Below, one piece after another: positions 47,042 to 60,560 of a stretch of 64,000 bases of DNA; the first letter of the stretch is position 1, and each line of letters opens with the position of its first letter. The notes beneath the pieces are model-generated. The model did not search any database. It was not told the DNA's origin and was given only the letters and a program-made list of their open reading frames with translations. Source of the DNA: Eledone cirrhosa (taxonomy: Eukaryota); the NCBI GenBank assembly GCA_964016885.1, contig OZ024740.1, positions 376,340,001 to 376,404,000 on the forward strand. The letters run 5' to 3'. A program made the translations under genes and the position numbers.

Positions 47042-49680
47042 GGTTAAATTAGCCATGTCAGCTCATTTCTCTCATCCCGGTTGTTAAGTGGGGGGTATGA
47101 GGTTCTTAATAACAAGTGCTTCCTTTATCCTTAAGGATCCGATGCTGCGTTCAGTCGCTAGGACTGTGACCAAGGGTCTACCCTGTGGGTTTCCGCATTT
47201 AAGGATTGGTTTACGGAAGGAAGATGCGTTGGTGTTGACATGTTCTTTGATACGAACATGTAGGGGTCGGATGGTGCTACCTATGTAAAACTTGTTACAT
47301 TTATCGCATTGAATCTTATTACGACATAGGTGCGTAGGCAATCTGCCCCCCGTATCGGGCAGTTGCTGAGGGAACACGTCCCATCTGACTCGTCGGGTTT
47401 GTTGGAGAGGCATCTTCGGAGCGAAGATCCTTTGTGGGCCAAATGTATGTCAAGTCCCTCCCTCCGTATGGCCCTGCGGATGGCGTTCGTGGTATATTCA
47501 CTCAGGTGGGGGATTTTAAAGAAGCACCTGCTTTTATCTAAGTTCTAGTGGGTGTCTGTCTATTGGGTCTGGGGTCTCTAATTCCGTTAATCAGTCGCTT
47601 GGGATATCCATTAGAATTGAGTAGATTACGGAATTGCGTGGTATGGGTGAGACCACCCATCGGGTCGCTGCATCTATTAGTGATCCGTGTAAGTTCATTT
47701 AGGACATAGCCCCTCTTAGCGTTGTTGGGGAGGGCTGAGTTGTAATGCACAAATAAGTCCTTGCACGCTGCCTTGCGGTAGAAGGTGGTGTTTATGTCTC
47801 CTTCTTCCGAGATGTTGATACGGAAGTCGAGGAGGGCGAGTGACCCGTCTTCTCCAGGGTGTTCGATGGTGAAATCGACGTGATGGTCAGTGTCGTTGAA
47901 GATTTGGTGAATTTCATTCGCCATCTCCCGGGAAGAAGTGAGTATCAGTATGTCATCAACGTATCTGGAGTAGAAGGCGACGGCGTTGGGTTGGCAGGTG
48001 TTGAGTGCCTTGCGTTCCAGGTGGTCCATGTACGAGATGGCAAGTATGCAGGACAAACTAGAGCCCATAGGTAGCCCAGAGATCTGTTTGTACGTGTGGC
48101 CGAGGAAATTGAAGAATGCATTATCCACAATGAAGGAGAGGAGTTGGTGGATGTCCGTGTGTGTGAGTCCGAAGCAGTGTAAGTTAGATGCTCGGACTCG
48201 TTCGGTCAACAGGTCGACGGCTGGGGATGCTGGTACGGAGGTATAAAGGGCGACCACATCAAGACTGAAGGCATATCCGTTGTCCTTCCTGGTGTTGGGC
48301 GCCATATGGTGTAGTCGCTCCAAGACCTCCTTTGAGCTGCAGACGTGGGCTGGTAGTGTGTGTAGAATGGGTTTCAGTAGTGTGGAGAGCAGCCACGATA
48401 TTTTGTAAAGTGGCCCCTCCACGCTAGAGACAATGGGCCTGATTTTCAAATCGGGTCCTTATTTATGGGTTTTCACCAGGTGGTAGAAGGTGGGTAGCTT
48501 GCTGTTTCGAGACATTATGTTGTTTTTTACCTTCTTTGGCAGTTTTCATTGGACACAGATGTTAGTCCATATGGTGTTAATGCCTTCCTCGATTAGAGTC
48601 GAGGAGGTCCCTGTGACTTTCGAGTAGAGGCTGTCGTCATTAAGATGTTGGAGAGCTAAGTTGTTGTAGGTCTTTCTCGAGATGGCACAGAATTCTTTCC
48701 CCTTGTCAGAGGGAAGGTAAACAAGGTTCCTGGATCTTAGGTTGGTGAGAGTATTAAATTGTGCATTGGTGAGGTTGCGTTTATTGTGTGTGTGTGTGTG
48801 TTGGGAAAGGATGTTAGAGATAGAATGTTTCAACCTGAGTAGTTTAGTGTCAAGTTCGTGGTTGGTGGGTGGGGGTGTGGAGTGGGTTGTCGAGGTGGTA
48901 CGTGGGGAGTGTGGGGTGGGTTGTGGGGTTGTAATCGATCTCGGTGTTTTGGATGGCGGTTAGCCATTTCAGTTGATACGCTGTCCGACAGAAGTTGGTT
49001 TCGATGTCGAGTTTCAGTCTATCATCGAGACACTGTGTAATGATGAACTTGGGTCCGAGGCGCAGGAGTTCGAGTTCGTCGTTGGTGAGGGTACCGGTTA
49101 GGTCGGTAACGAGGTGTGAAGCATCGTTGGTAGGTAGATCGCTGTTGGGGGGTGTAGCGGAGGGTGTTGTATCGCTGTTGCCCCTGGTGTGGTTGTAGTC
49201 GGTCCGTCTGTGGGAGCGGATGTTGTCATTGTGGTATTTGTTTATAGTCCATTCGTATTTCCGTATAAGGCGCTGTTTATCGTATTTGACTCTGGTGTGG
49301 TAACACTGATCGATAGCTTCGCGTATTTTCTGGACCTGGTGGTCAGGGGTGAGGGTTGGAGCTATACGATCTATGTGCGCGGAGAGCGTTTGTATATGGA
49401 GTCGCAGTTGATGGTGGTTATGTCGTAGTATTTTCTTGATAAACGTGCGTTGAATGTGGCGGATGGGGTTTTCGAAGGATGGTAATCGTAAACATTCGGG
49501 TAAATGTATATTCCTGATGGTGGTTGGAATGATGTTGTTCTTTAGGCAGCGTTTTAAGAAGGTAATTTGGCAACCGAGTTTGGCACGATTCTCCGATAGT
49601 CTGAATAGGTCCCTTATGGGTGCAAACAAGTCCTAGCTCAGGTGTAATGATAAGAGGGTGTTAAAGTTTGCTTGAAGCAT
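47042..49680 (-). pseudogene. Disrupted PLE polyprotein (N-terminal domain, RT, GIY-YIG)
   Basis: ATG at 49680 (MLQANFNTLLSLHLS*DLFAP..FLKRCLKNNIIP), LGPKF, SDKG, K.HK...RPIVS, SLDVVALYTSV, QISGLPMGS, YSRYVDDI, LLDF, C.KC..FYIGST.R.L..RIKEH. A few stops and frameshifts. Confidence 0.92.
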
Positions 49681-50822
49681 TGTGAAATGTGTAAAATATG
49701 TAGTTTAGAAAGCCACAACAATGCAGATGGGAAATCTCGAGGTAGGAAGTGAGTGAGAAATAGGAGAAAAGTGAAAATTGAGAGAAACGAAAATGAAAAC
49801 AAAACAAAGGTAGAAGGGTTACCGTAGTGGAGATTTAATCCCAATATTTCGGGCTCACGCCCATCAACGGGGGAATGTTCCAAAAGGGGAGGAACAGGCT
49901 AAGCCGGAGAAAGTTGTATTGTCGTTAAAACATAGGAATGCCGTTATGGGGAAAATTCGAACGAGGGAAAGAATGCGCGTGCGCGTGATAGGCTGTGGCA
50001 AAAGCTACTGACCAATTGGGTTAAATCATTAGGGTGTGCTAGCGTGTGAAAGCCGTAAAATATGTGTGTGTAAATATATATATGTGTGTAACTGTGTGTG
50101 TATATGTGTATGTGTGTATGTATGTGAGTGTGTGTGTGTGAAAGATAGTGGGCCGTAGAAGCTGGAAATCAAAGGGTGTGAAAGGTGGTAGGTTGTATAA
50201 ACATGTGTGCGTGTATAAATATAGATGTGTGTGTGTGTGTGTATGGGTATACATATAAGTGCGTGTGTGTGTGAGATAGTAGGCCGTAGGGGCTGTTACT
50301 GGTCACTATGGTTAAATTAGCCATGTCAGCTCATTTCTCTCAGCCCGGTTGTTAAGTGGGGGTCTGAGGTTCTTAATAACAAGTGCTTCCTTTATCCTTA
50401 AGGATCCGATGCTGCGTTCAGTCGCTAGGACTGTGACCAAGGGTCTGCCCTGTGGGTTTCCTGATTTAAGGATTGGTTTACGGAAGGAAGATGCGTTGGT
50501 GTTGACATGTTCTTTGATACGAACATGTAGGGGTCGGATGCTGCTACCTATGTAAAACTTGTTACATTTATCGCATTGAATCTTATATACGACATAGGTG
50601 CGTAGGCAATCTGCCCCCCGTATCGGGCAGTTGCTGAGGGAACACGTCCCATCTGACTCGTCGGGTTTGTTGGAGAGGCATCTTCGGAGCGAAGGTCTTC
50701 TGTGGGCCAAATGTATGTCAAGTCCCTCCCTCCGTATGTCCCTGCGGATGGCGTTCGTGGTATATTCACTCAGGTGGGGGATTATATATATGTATGTATA
50801 TATGTGTGTGTGGGTGTGGGTG

Positions 50823-50854
<32 letters not shown>

Positions 50855-50864
50855 TGTGTGTATT

Positions 50865-50898
<34 letters not shown>

Positions 50899-52060
50899 TG
50901 TGTGAATAGTAATCGGAAACAAAATCAACATATGATGAAGTTCAATAGAAATATGTTATCTTCACGCTTAAAAAAGTAGTAACACTCTTAAAGTTTCGGA
51001 CGCTAGTCCTTCATTATCAAATAGAATGAGAACTGAAAGAGAAAAGAGAAAAGAGAAAAATAGATGTGAGTGAGAACGGACATGAACGAAAATAATTTCT
51101 TCGGAAAGAATCAGATCTATAGAAGCAGATACATAATCTGTCATATGCTTGTTGATGTTTAGCGTTGCATATTTATCTATATACTTATATATTCAAGCTT
51201 CAACTTCATTGGAGAATAAATATACGTAGCAATTAAAATCTATATTTATAATCTCTGTACGCATTTTTGGAAACCATTCATCAAATGTTCTCTATTCATT
51301 ACATACATTTTCCAAATAATAGACACTTCTCAATATCTACAGAAAGATGAAAACACAGATATTCTCTCTGTTAAGAGATAAATTCTTTTTATAATCATAA
51401 TTGTCGTAACAATACTCACCAGGATAGCTAATGTTTAATATGGGCAATCTTGTTCGTAACTCCAAATGATTTCGTTTATGTTGGATAACACTGCTCCTGA
51501 GCAATCACATTATATATTCCCCAATTCGGTCTAATATTCAACTAAAAATCTGGTAGTATTACCATTAGAAATATGCTGCTTGATGCTCACAGATTCACAT
51601 TATTGTTTATTCTCTCTGAGAATATAAGTAACTGTCAAAAAGACATTTCTCACATAAACAATGTTTTGTAAGAATGCAAATTAAGTTGAGTAATATAATT
51701 GTTTCTATATTGGGTACAAAGCCAGCATTGTATCATATAATGGATATACAATATTACTGACGTATTCAACCATATAAAAGCCTAAAATATACAGGAAATT
51801 TAAGACTGCATTCGAAATAAATTTGAGTATCATTGAATAAGTGAATGGAACTATAATACTGCATTAAATGCAATTAAGCATTTATTTTAGTTCCTTTGCC
51901 AATTTTTAAGTTATGTACTACAACCAATATTTTTTTTTATTAACATGTTATGGTTAAAGGAAAATTAGCATCAATGTACTCGTATCAAATTAGCATCAAT
52001 GTAGTCGTATCAACTACAACCTTCAAACCTACATATACACTCATTATTGTTTTCTCAAAA

Positions 52061-52275
52061 GGACGGTGGATTGGTAGTATCGGTATAGCTGGACTCTATG
52101 CTTCGTGGCATAGAATTATATCCTTTTACATTCAGAATTCAATCCTGCCGAGGTTAGCTTTGCCTTTCATCTTTATGGGATCAATAAAATAAAGTTCCAG
52201 TAACATACTGTGGGCGATTTCATCGACGTTCCCCGCAGAAATTTGTTGGTCTTGTGTTTAAATCATAAATCAATA
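52061..52275 (+). mobile_element. Older SINE copy
   Basis: GGTGGATTGGTAGTATCGG...GAATTCAATCCTGCCGAGG..GCCTTTCATCTTTATGGGATCAATAAAATAA. Confidence 0.75.
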
Positions 52276-52295
52276 TGTTTTATCAAAATACATTA

Positions 52296-52349
<54 letters not shown>

Positions 52350-52842
52350 CTCTAATTAGTATTTCAATTCAGTTCACAGATTCTACAAATTATATAAATC
52401 AATTAAACAGGTGTTCATTGTGGAATAGAGGATATTGTTCAAGTAAAATCTAGGAATATACATATGTGTTAGGTAGTTTAATTTTGCTATTATTATCATA
52501 CACAAATGGCTTAAAGCAAATGAATTTGTGCTGAAACAAGTATCCGCTTCAGACACAGTGCTTCTTAAAAATTACCGAATATAATTTATCAAATCTGTAG
52601 TATGTGTACAGGCTTCAAAGTGTTTTAATCTTCAAATGACAGAGGAAATTATACTCTTACGGAACCTAAATAGACTTTAAGCAGTTCCGCCACTGTTCTT
52701 CAACTTAGTTGATATACACTTTCCTCATTTTGAGAATATTCCATTAAATATTGTCAATATTTTCAACGATTGATCTATAATAATTTCTAACTTCAGAAAT
52801 CTATTTCAGGTTCCTTTTGTTATGAACAAAATCTATAAAAGA

Positions 52843-53610
52843 AAATATATGTAGCGATTCATTGTCACAGGACAATTACTGCTAAATCGAAATTTTAAAC
52901 GTAAAATATATTCCTTGCCGTGTTGAGTGTTATAACTTAACCGATGATAATGGTTGCAATGATGGTATTCATGATAATCTAGATTTACTATAACAATTGC
53001 GTTATGTTTATATGAGTTTATGTCTCAGACCCCGTAGTTATTGTGTATAAATAGCAACTCATCTAAAGTATTTGCGTGCAATAGACTTTCACCTTGCCAG
53101 GAGAGACATATGATAACAACTTTAAGGTCTAATTGACGGAAATGGCTAATTGTGATCGAAACATAATTATTCATTAATAAAGATAATACTGGTGCTATTT
53201 AAAGTGATAATGTTTGTTGCACTGTTAATAAAATTGCTAATAGTGTACTTCGAAACGTTGATTATGGACAGGGTTAGTATTTTATAGGATTTGTTACAAA
53301 ATCTAAATGCAATGATATATTGTTAATGTAGCCTTTGAAACATATACAAAGATAATGTAAACATTCATTATGTATATTTTACAAAATAAAAAGATTGCAT
53401 TACTTGGATGTTTAAATATTTGATTAAAAATATTTTCATTAAAAATATTCTATGAAATGTTAACAAATATACTAGAGTACTAGGTGACTACCTTCTCAAA
53501 TCTCCGAATATTGAGTCTGTGGTGTGATAATTAGGACTTAATTACTTGAGTATAAAGAGGAATTTATATTTGAATAATCATTTATTATATATTACAGATA
53601 TTTTTTCATG
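52843..53610. repeat. Partner of the 45358-46105 repeat
   Basis: See 45358-46105. Confidence 0.85.
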
Positions 53611-53679
53611 AAACGTTTATAAGTTTGGTTGGCTACGTTAGGAGGATGGTTTGAAAGTTATTCTGGGTATCAGTGAGTT

Positions 53680-54170
53680 GGTAGTCACTGATGTACAATG
53701 TCCCTGTTTCGTAATTTGTTATGGAAAATTATGTCTGTCTGATTAGATATTATCTTCTTGTTGGTATATAATATCATTTTCCAGGTAGGTAGATTTATAT
53801 ATGCGACCCACAAATCTGATTTCTTAATGCAATTAAATTTGGGTGACAGGTTATATGTAAAGTAGCGACCCAAATTTTTAGTTTCAAACATACTTTGTGC
53901 TACAACACAGGCAAATAGAATATGTTGCACACTTTCAGAAAATAGACTGAATGGTAACATTTTTCATTGTGCATTTTGGGTATTAGTTTCAATTCATATA
54001 ATGGGAATGGTCTTCTTAATTGTAAATAAGTTTTCTGCGTTTGTCGTGTTAGGTACGATATTTTGATTCAGTACAGAAAAATAGTCAACCATTAACTTCT
54101 TCAAAATGGGTGTAAAGCTGTTGGGTGTAATGTTTATTGTGTAGGGAGCAATTTTGCCTCCGCTTTTAAT
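53680..54170 (-). mobile_element. Possible L1/Tx1-type LINE 3' remnant
   Basis: KC....ESVQHILFAC..A resembles the C-terminal CCHC knuckle of non-LTR ORF2. Confidence 0.4.
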
Positions 54171-54341
54171 ATTTCCAATTATTTATTAATGTATTTATTT
54201 ATTTATTCATTTTCGTCGACGCTTTTTATAATAACAATGTACACGATTTTGCATGAGGTAGAAGATCGTAGCTTTCAATATAAAAGCACGTTAACAGAAC
54301 TGATTTTAAATCGAAAAATTTTGTGTATATTTATGATGTTA

Positions 54342-57147
54342 CTAGTAGTAAAGCCCGGCGTTGCTCGGGGCTGCTCAGTAGCTGTGTTAATGTTACAATG
54401 TTAAGTTCCTTTCTTGGATTAAAAACTGTAGAGTCTACAGTGTAGAGTTTCATGTGGTACTTTTGAATAATACTCCCTCAACCAACAGTATGCCTTATGA
54501 AGTTAAGAAAACATAACCATAACCCGAATGTTAAAACAAAAGAGGATGCTGGGGATAAAAACTGCACTGGTAATCTATTAACAAAAATCGAAAATGTAAA
54601 CACTGCAACACTTTTCTCAGAGAAAAATATCAGCGTAACCAAACTATGTTATTTTGAAACGAAGAAATTGGATGGACATGAAAAACAAAAACAAAAATGC
54701 GTTATCCGAAGTCGAGGGGGCAGGCAGCATCAAAGAGGTTCGCATCTGTAATAAAGAATATTGACAATGAAATAGCGTAGATGTTTAAGTATAAACTATG
54801 AAGAGCTCATAATATACCCATGGTGAGTTTGACGGGCAGATTATAGACAGCCACAGCATGCGAAATGGATAGCTGCAGCAAAAGCCATATTCACCAAAAA
54901 GAATCGCTGAAATCAACAAAAAAGAAATGCTGCTTCCATTGCATCTTCTGATGCAATTGAGAATGATGACGAAAGTTAACTTCAACGCACCAGAAATGCT
55001 GTTGTTGCGTGTTGTCTAGGTCGAAATGCATATTGAAACAATGACAGAAATGACGAGAACAATCTTTGTATGTAAGTACCAAGTTGTGTGTGTCTATGTA
55101 TTAAACGCCGGACTTGTCAGCGACTGGAGGGGCGTCCTTAACAATTGAAAGCATCGATTTCAGAGTCCGCTTTGATTTTCGAGCAATGCTGGGCCTTAGA
55201 AGTCTAGTTTTCAATAGAATGCACTGTTGAGTACAGGTTTCGTAGACGCTATATATTTAAGTCAGTCGGTGTAACATTGCCGTTTTGAACCAAAAAAATA
55301 TATAAAACCTCACGGTATACAATATTCTTTGTTTTTCCGTTTGGAGCAAAAGCAAAGAGGTTGTTCCGGCTGCCAACTCGAGAACAACCAACGTAGAATT
55401 GTCCATGTAAAAAACATGGCTCCTCCAGGTGAAGTCCTGCCACAGATAAATCTGACCCTGGGGCTTGTTGATGAACATAGCAAAGGCTGCACGAAGGGGA
55501 AATTGGGTTCTTTTAAAAGAATAGGGTGCATCCACTCCTGATGTATTAAGAGTTACCGTAGGTATTAAAACATCATCTCCTTTTCCACACCCCGACATAT
55601 TCGTAGCATAAATAATGTGCTGTGACATCCTATTGACAACAAGGCGTATACCATTGCAAAGCTTGGGAGGGGTTATATTTCTGAGAAGTATAACTGGACA
55701 TCCTTCCTTGAGAGTCAAAATATGTTTAGGTAGACCTGGAATATCCAATGAATTGAGGAATTCAATGGGATAATTGACCGCATCATGTGGATCAACATTG
55801 TTATCAATAGACTTAAAAGTCTTATCATTTCCAGGAAGACATTCAAGCATTTGGCGATTAATGGCGGAGACAGTGACATTTGTATGAGCTAATATAGCCC
55901 TCTCACACAGCCATGTATGATTGTTGTAATTATCTGCCAAGTTGGGAAATACGGCTGCCTTGAGATCTTCGACAGTGTTAACCAGACAGCATATATTGTC
56001 GAGTGCAATGTCTCCATGCACATCTGAAGGTACTTTGCCGTCGCCAAGAATGAGAAGGTCTTCAGCAAATGTTTCAGTCACAGTATCGCCATGCAGTTGA
56101 ACACGCATGTTAGTGGTTGCTACAATGGAGAAGTCTTCAGGCAGGCCCGAACTTGATCCGCTCTGGTACCCTTTGGAATAACCAGCAAGGTTTGTCGAAA
56201 GTTCCCTGAAAGCAAAAGAGTTACACCCCTCATGGTCACCTGACGGTCTCTAATGTCTTTCAGTCTTCTACCTAAGGCCTCAATAGCTCCTTTGTGACCC
56301 ATGGTGCATTCATCCCACACAATCAGTTGGCACCGTCGTAGCAGTTCTGCTCTCGGACTATCCTTCGTGATGTCACAGAGCGGTGTTTCGGCTGATACCA
56401 AGTTAAGCAGAAGCTTAAAGGTAGAGTGTGCTGTCCTGCCGCCAGGAAGTAGTGTTGCTGCAATACCGGATGATGCAACGGCTATTCCGATAACTTCATT
56501 CGTCTAACTTTGGCAGGAATAAGTTTAGTAACAAAGGTTTTCCAGTGCCTCCAGGGGCATCAAGAAAGAAGATACCACCCCATCGATGAAATACATAGTC
56601 GGTGATAGTGTTGTATGCAAATTGCTGATCAGGAAGTAGTTTTGGTTCCATTTCAAACACATATCTAGCTAGAGTGTCGACATCATAAGATGTTTCTTGG
56701 ATGATGAGATTTGGAATTTTATTAGAATCAGTGCAGTAGTTTTGTGGCAGACCGTATGCTGGCAAGGCATTCCCACCCATTAGGAAAATCCTGTCCTCTA
56801 ATTCTATAGGCCCTTTATTGTATAAATCATCACTGAAATCTACTTCTATGTCAGGAAGTAGTAGTTGAGCCAGGTGCAGGAAGTCCTCAGACAGTTGGTT
56901 CCTAAACTTCAATCATAATGTGTAGGGTTCACAAATGTTACATAAGTGAATAATATTTACAAAGAGCTCTCGTAGGCTTCCAGCTGAGTGTGATGAAGCG
57001 ATCTCCGCCAAGGTTGCATCCCATCGTGAGTCATCTTCAAGCATTCCACGAGCCAAACAGGCATCTATGTATGTAGACCAAATACGTTTACCGTAAGTTC
57101 TGAGGTCCTAAAAACTGGTCGGTCCTTTGACCTCATGCATTAGCATG
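54342..57147 (-). mobile_element. Helitron relic: PIF1-family helicase plus 3' hairpin-CTAG end
   Basis: VKGPTSF, FLDAPGGTGK, ASSGIAATLL.GGRTAHS, IVWDECTM, GNFRQ, ERAILA, ILLRN..PP.LCNG, RTQFP. The minus strand ends CCCG-AGCAACGC-CGGG..CTAG|T at 54369-54342. Confidence 0.9.
54745..55207 (+). mobile_element. Nested non-autonomous mini-Helitron
   Basis: A|TCTGTAATAAA ... CGAGCAATGCTGGGC..CTAG|T. The 3' end resembles that of the host Helitron, on the opposite strand. Confidence 0.65.
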
Positions 57148-57649
57148 TCGTTTAAAATCATTGCTTCTAAATGAAAATCTCATAAGGCTTTATTCGAGAT
57201 CAATGCTTTTTTACAAAATATTTGCTTGTTTTACGGTGTATTCAAATAGGCTTGTTTTCAAGTAAAAATATTGTTTTAAAAGACTTTTAATGGAGATGAA
57301 GCAAAATGGATTCTTAATGTTGAAACTTCGAACTCATGAATTTTGCGGGTTACAATTTTGCTGGTCCGAAAACTGTTCGCGTATTTTTGTACTTTTGCAC
57401 GCGTCGTTTATTCGTAACGTAAATAGGTAAACAGAATGACGCCATAAATGGGAAATAACTCGTCTCATCTCTATTTATACATTTGAACTGAAAAATCAAT
57501 ACATTACACGATTCTACTATTAATATATGAACGTAACCCGGCAGCATCTACCTATTGTGTCTATTTACACTATGTGGTATCATTGCATCTTTTGAATATT
57601 AAACACGGATTACGCTTTTAAACAGAGAATAGTGTATATCCTTCAACAA

Positions 57650-60560
57650 TTAGATATAAACATTTTTAAAGTTTCTTTGTCGAGAAATAACTGAACAGGA
57701 AGAGAAGAATATTATCACAGAGGTTAAAGCCCAAATAGAACCAGCGAACATTTTCCTTGTGAAGGGTCAAAGCGAATGTTTCCTTATGTAAAACCACTGT
57801 AATCGAAGTTGACCCAGACGTAAACCAAATTAAAATTGATTATTCCTGAGACCCATTGTGCAGAGAAAAAACATGAATATTTCCGATTGTCCAGGACAAT
57901 TTCATACAACCTGTATCTTAATTCTGGTTAGCGTTTGTGTAACCCTGCTGTTTAGGTGATCATTTTGTCGTGCATCAGTAGTTCAAATATGTTGAAATAG
58001 AGATATAAGTTTGCTATGAGTGAGACAATCATTAGAAGACAAGTAATTGAGCAAAGCCTGGGTGAAGAGGTGCAGAAATTGTTGATTAGTTCAGTATCTT
58101 GCTTTTGGTTTTAAAAAAATATACTCAAATGAAATGTGCATTCGCAACAAATTCCATAAGTGAAAAGCGATGTATTCTGCCTGTAGTGCTCATAAAATTA
58201 ATATGAAGGATGTGAACGCTAAATAGCTCGATGCTTGAGCAATATTAATTGTGGAATTAATGATAATTAGATACTGTGAACTTATTTCGGTTTAACTTCG
58301 TATGTGGGAATAAAGCTAGAGATAGATAATTAATTTGAATTGGAAGACAAAACAACAGGTCATCTTTAATGTGGTTAATATGGTTTATAAAATTGAATTA
58401 ATCGATTTCGTCCTTCTGAACAGGATTGGCATGCGCAGCCGATTTGGAAGTGGTATCATGACTGGCAAGTGTAAAATCAGTCGGCTGGAATTTGCACACG
58501 GCATGCTATTACTTAACGCGACAAACGGTGATCTGCGACTTGCACATTATAGGTTTGATTCCCAACGCTGCATGCTGGAATGAGAATCTGTGCTGTGAAA
58601 ACTGAGATACTCGTCCCCTCAAGGAAGCCTGTGTAATACACTATACATCTGAAAGGACTTCCACTGAAGCTGTTAGAGAACTAAATTCAAGAATTGCAGG
58701 AATTGGTTCACATTTCGAAGAGCAGAAGAAGGGAGGTAGGTGTATAAGCCAAACTTATAGCAAGATGGTTGGATAACATCCATGATCTCGGTTGGTTTCT
58801 TATGAGGATCTAGCCGGATTTGAGACAGTTGTTCTTGGCAAGACTTATTGGAAGGCACGCTTGAAGACTCCGTCACCAAACACCTCCCAAGAAGAAGAAG
58901 AAGAAGAAGAAGAAGAAGAAGAAGAAGAAGAAGAAGAAGAAGAAGAAGAAGAAGAAGAAGAAGAAGAAGAAGAAGAAGAAGAAGAAGAAGAAGATCTGAA
59001 TGGTATGACATGTTCCCATATCTCTGGGGATTTACTGCTAGTATAAGACTGTAACTATAAACTTCCTCTATCGGATAGAGCGTCAAATAATATTTGTTCT
59101 GTGGTTGTACTTCCGATACCCTTGCAACATTTTGAAATTTAATAACACAATACTGATGTTATGTGTTACATAATGCCATGTCTGTAGGAATTTATTGATA
59201 AGAAATGACCAATTGTTTGTGTGTGAATGAAATATGATAAATGAAGAATGCATGGATCTTCCAAATTACATTTAAATGATGAGATTCATAAGGATTCTCA
59301 TCCATTCCTAATCTTCAAACAATGTTCTATAATGTGCAGGAAACATAGTATTGTTCACTTGATTTAAACTGTGAGTAATACTAAATTGAAAAAAAAATGA
59401 AGTGGTTGAGTGCAACAGATATATGCAATATCTATTTACTTAGTTAATAGATTTCAGGAATAGTGTGAAATAACAGGAATGGTGGTAAAAAACTCTCAAG
59501 AGAGCTGGACAGAAAAAGGCCTTCAGAGAAGAAACTTCCTCAAATGAGTATTTCGGCCCCTAACTTCTTACATACTGAGGAGGCCGAGCTGTATCTAGTT
59601 GATGACTCCTGGGTGCCTTCTGTTGACATTTAGCCATTCGGAAATCGGGGGCCTGCTGTGTATTTAGACCGTATGGAAAGTTGTTGAAAGAAACTGTTTT
59701 CCATTGCCTCTGCTTTTAAACTTATATTGAAATAAGATAATGCCAGAAAGATCCATCAGCATGACATTCATTTGCAACAATACAGAATAAATTGACGAAT
59801 CATGAAATGCAATTATTGCCAGATTGAAAGAGGTCAATATATCAATTAATTCATATTAACGTTGCCTCTTCTATATATTTCCTAGTAATGAATATTTTAA
59901 ACAAAGAGGGTAAAAACATCAGTCTAATAGAAAAATGCAATTAATGTTTCTAATTCCAAAAAGAAACACTGAAAGATATTAGGGATAGATGAACTATTAT
60001 TGCCAGTTTATACCAACAATTGCTAATATAGTCCAACTGATTTTGTGGAAATCCACTCACATACAGGCTTCCTTGAGAGGATGAATGTTTCAGTCATCGC
60101 AGCATTGATTTTCAATTCTGTCGTTCCCTCCAACCAATTTTTTTCCATATCAGGTATGATAGCGAGTACAAACGGCTTCTGAAGTGTGTTTGGGGGACGT
60201 TACTCTATAGAATGAGTTGCTCGAAGATCAGATTTGCACCAGGTAGAGCAACTACTTCTCAAAATTTAGAGATCATAGTTACTCTATTAGGGACATCTGG
60301 TGAGAACGTCTCAGGAAAGAATCGATGTACAGATCTTACATGCAGAACCAACTATAACAACCATATGCTCTGTTGGTCTCGCTTGGCGATACAAACGAAT
60401 CAATTGGAAACGGTTGCTTCTGAGATTAGTTATTGGCATATGCAACACATTTTCAAACAATCTTGATGTTTGCATTGGCGTTTCTCAGTGGATTGCCGAT
60501 GAGTTCTTATAGTATCAATTTATTATTTCATAGTCGTTCATTTGCAAGAAAAAAACACCA
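57650..60560 (+). mobile_element. Highly decayed BEL/Pao-like LTR retrotransposon pol remnant
   Basis: CSKIRFAP...QNLEI..TLLG resembles BEL RNase H (SKSRVAP..IPRLEL.AALL), followed by LAW....WK. Weak RT traces at 59550-60080. Boundaries uncertain. Confidence 0.4.
58400..58994 (+). mobile_element. RTE-type LINE remnant with (GAA)n tail (58891-58994)
   Basis: ISRLEFAHGMLLL...DL..A..RF...AGMRI.AVKTE (decayed FADD block), then RRRG..P..RWLDNI and about 34 GAA units. Confidence 0.65.

Larger units (their letters stand above)
46382..50783 (-). mobile_element. Full-length PLE with direct pseudo-LTRs (46384-47515 / 49653-50783)
   Basis: ~1.13-kb direct repeats containing the GIY-YIG C-terminus and 3' UTR; the classic partial-tandem Penelope structure. 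Confidence 0.95.

Noticed and set aside
51100-52835. Possible host exons on the minus strand (GTGAGT/GTAAG donors at ~51419 and ~52660)
   Set aside because: Frames are short or contain several stops, and no protein family was recognised.
55257-56912. Host PIF1 helicase gene
   Set aside because: It is intronless and frameshifted, has Helitron-type upstream motifs, and ends in a hairpin-CTAG terminus.
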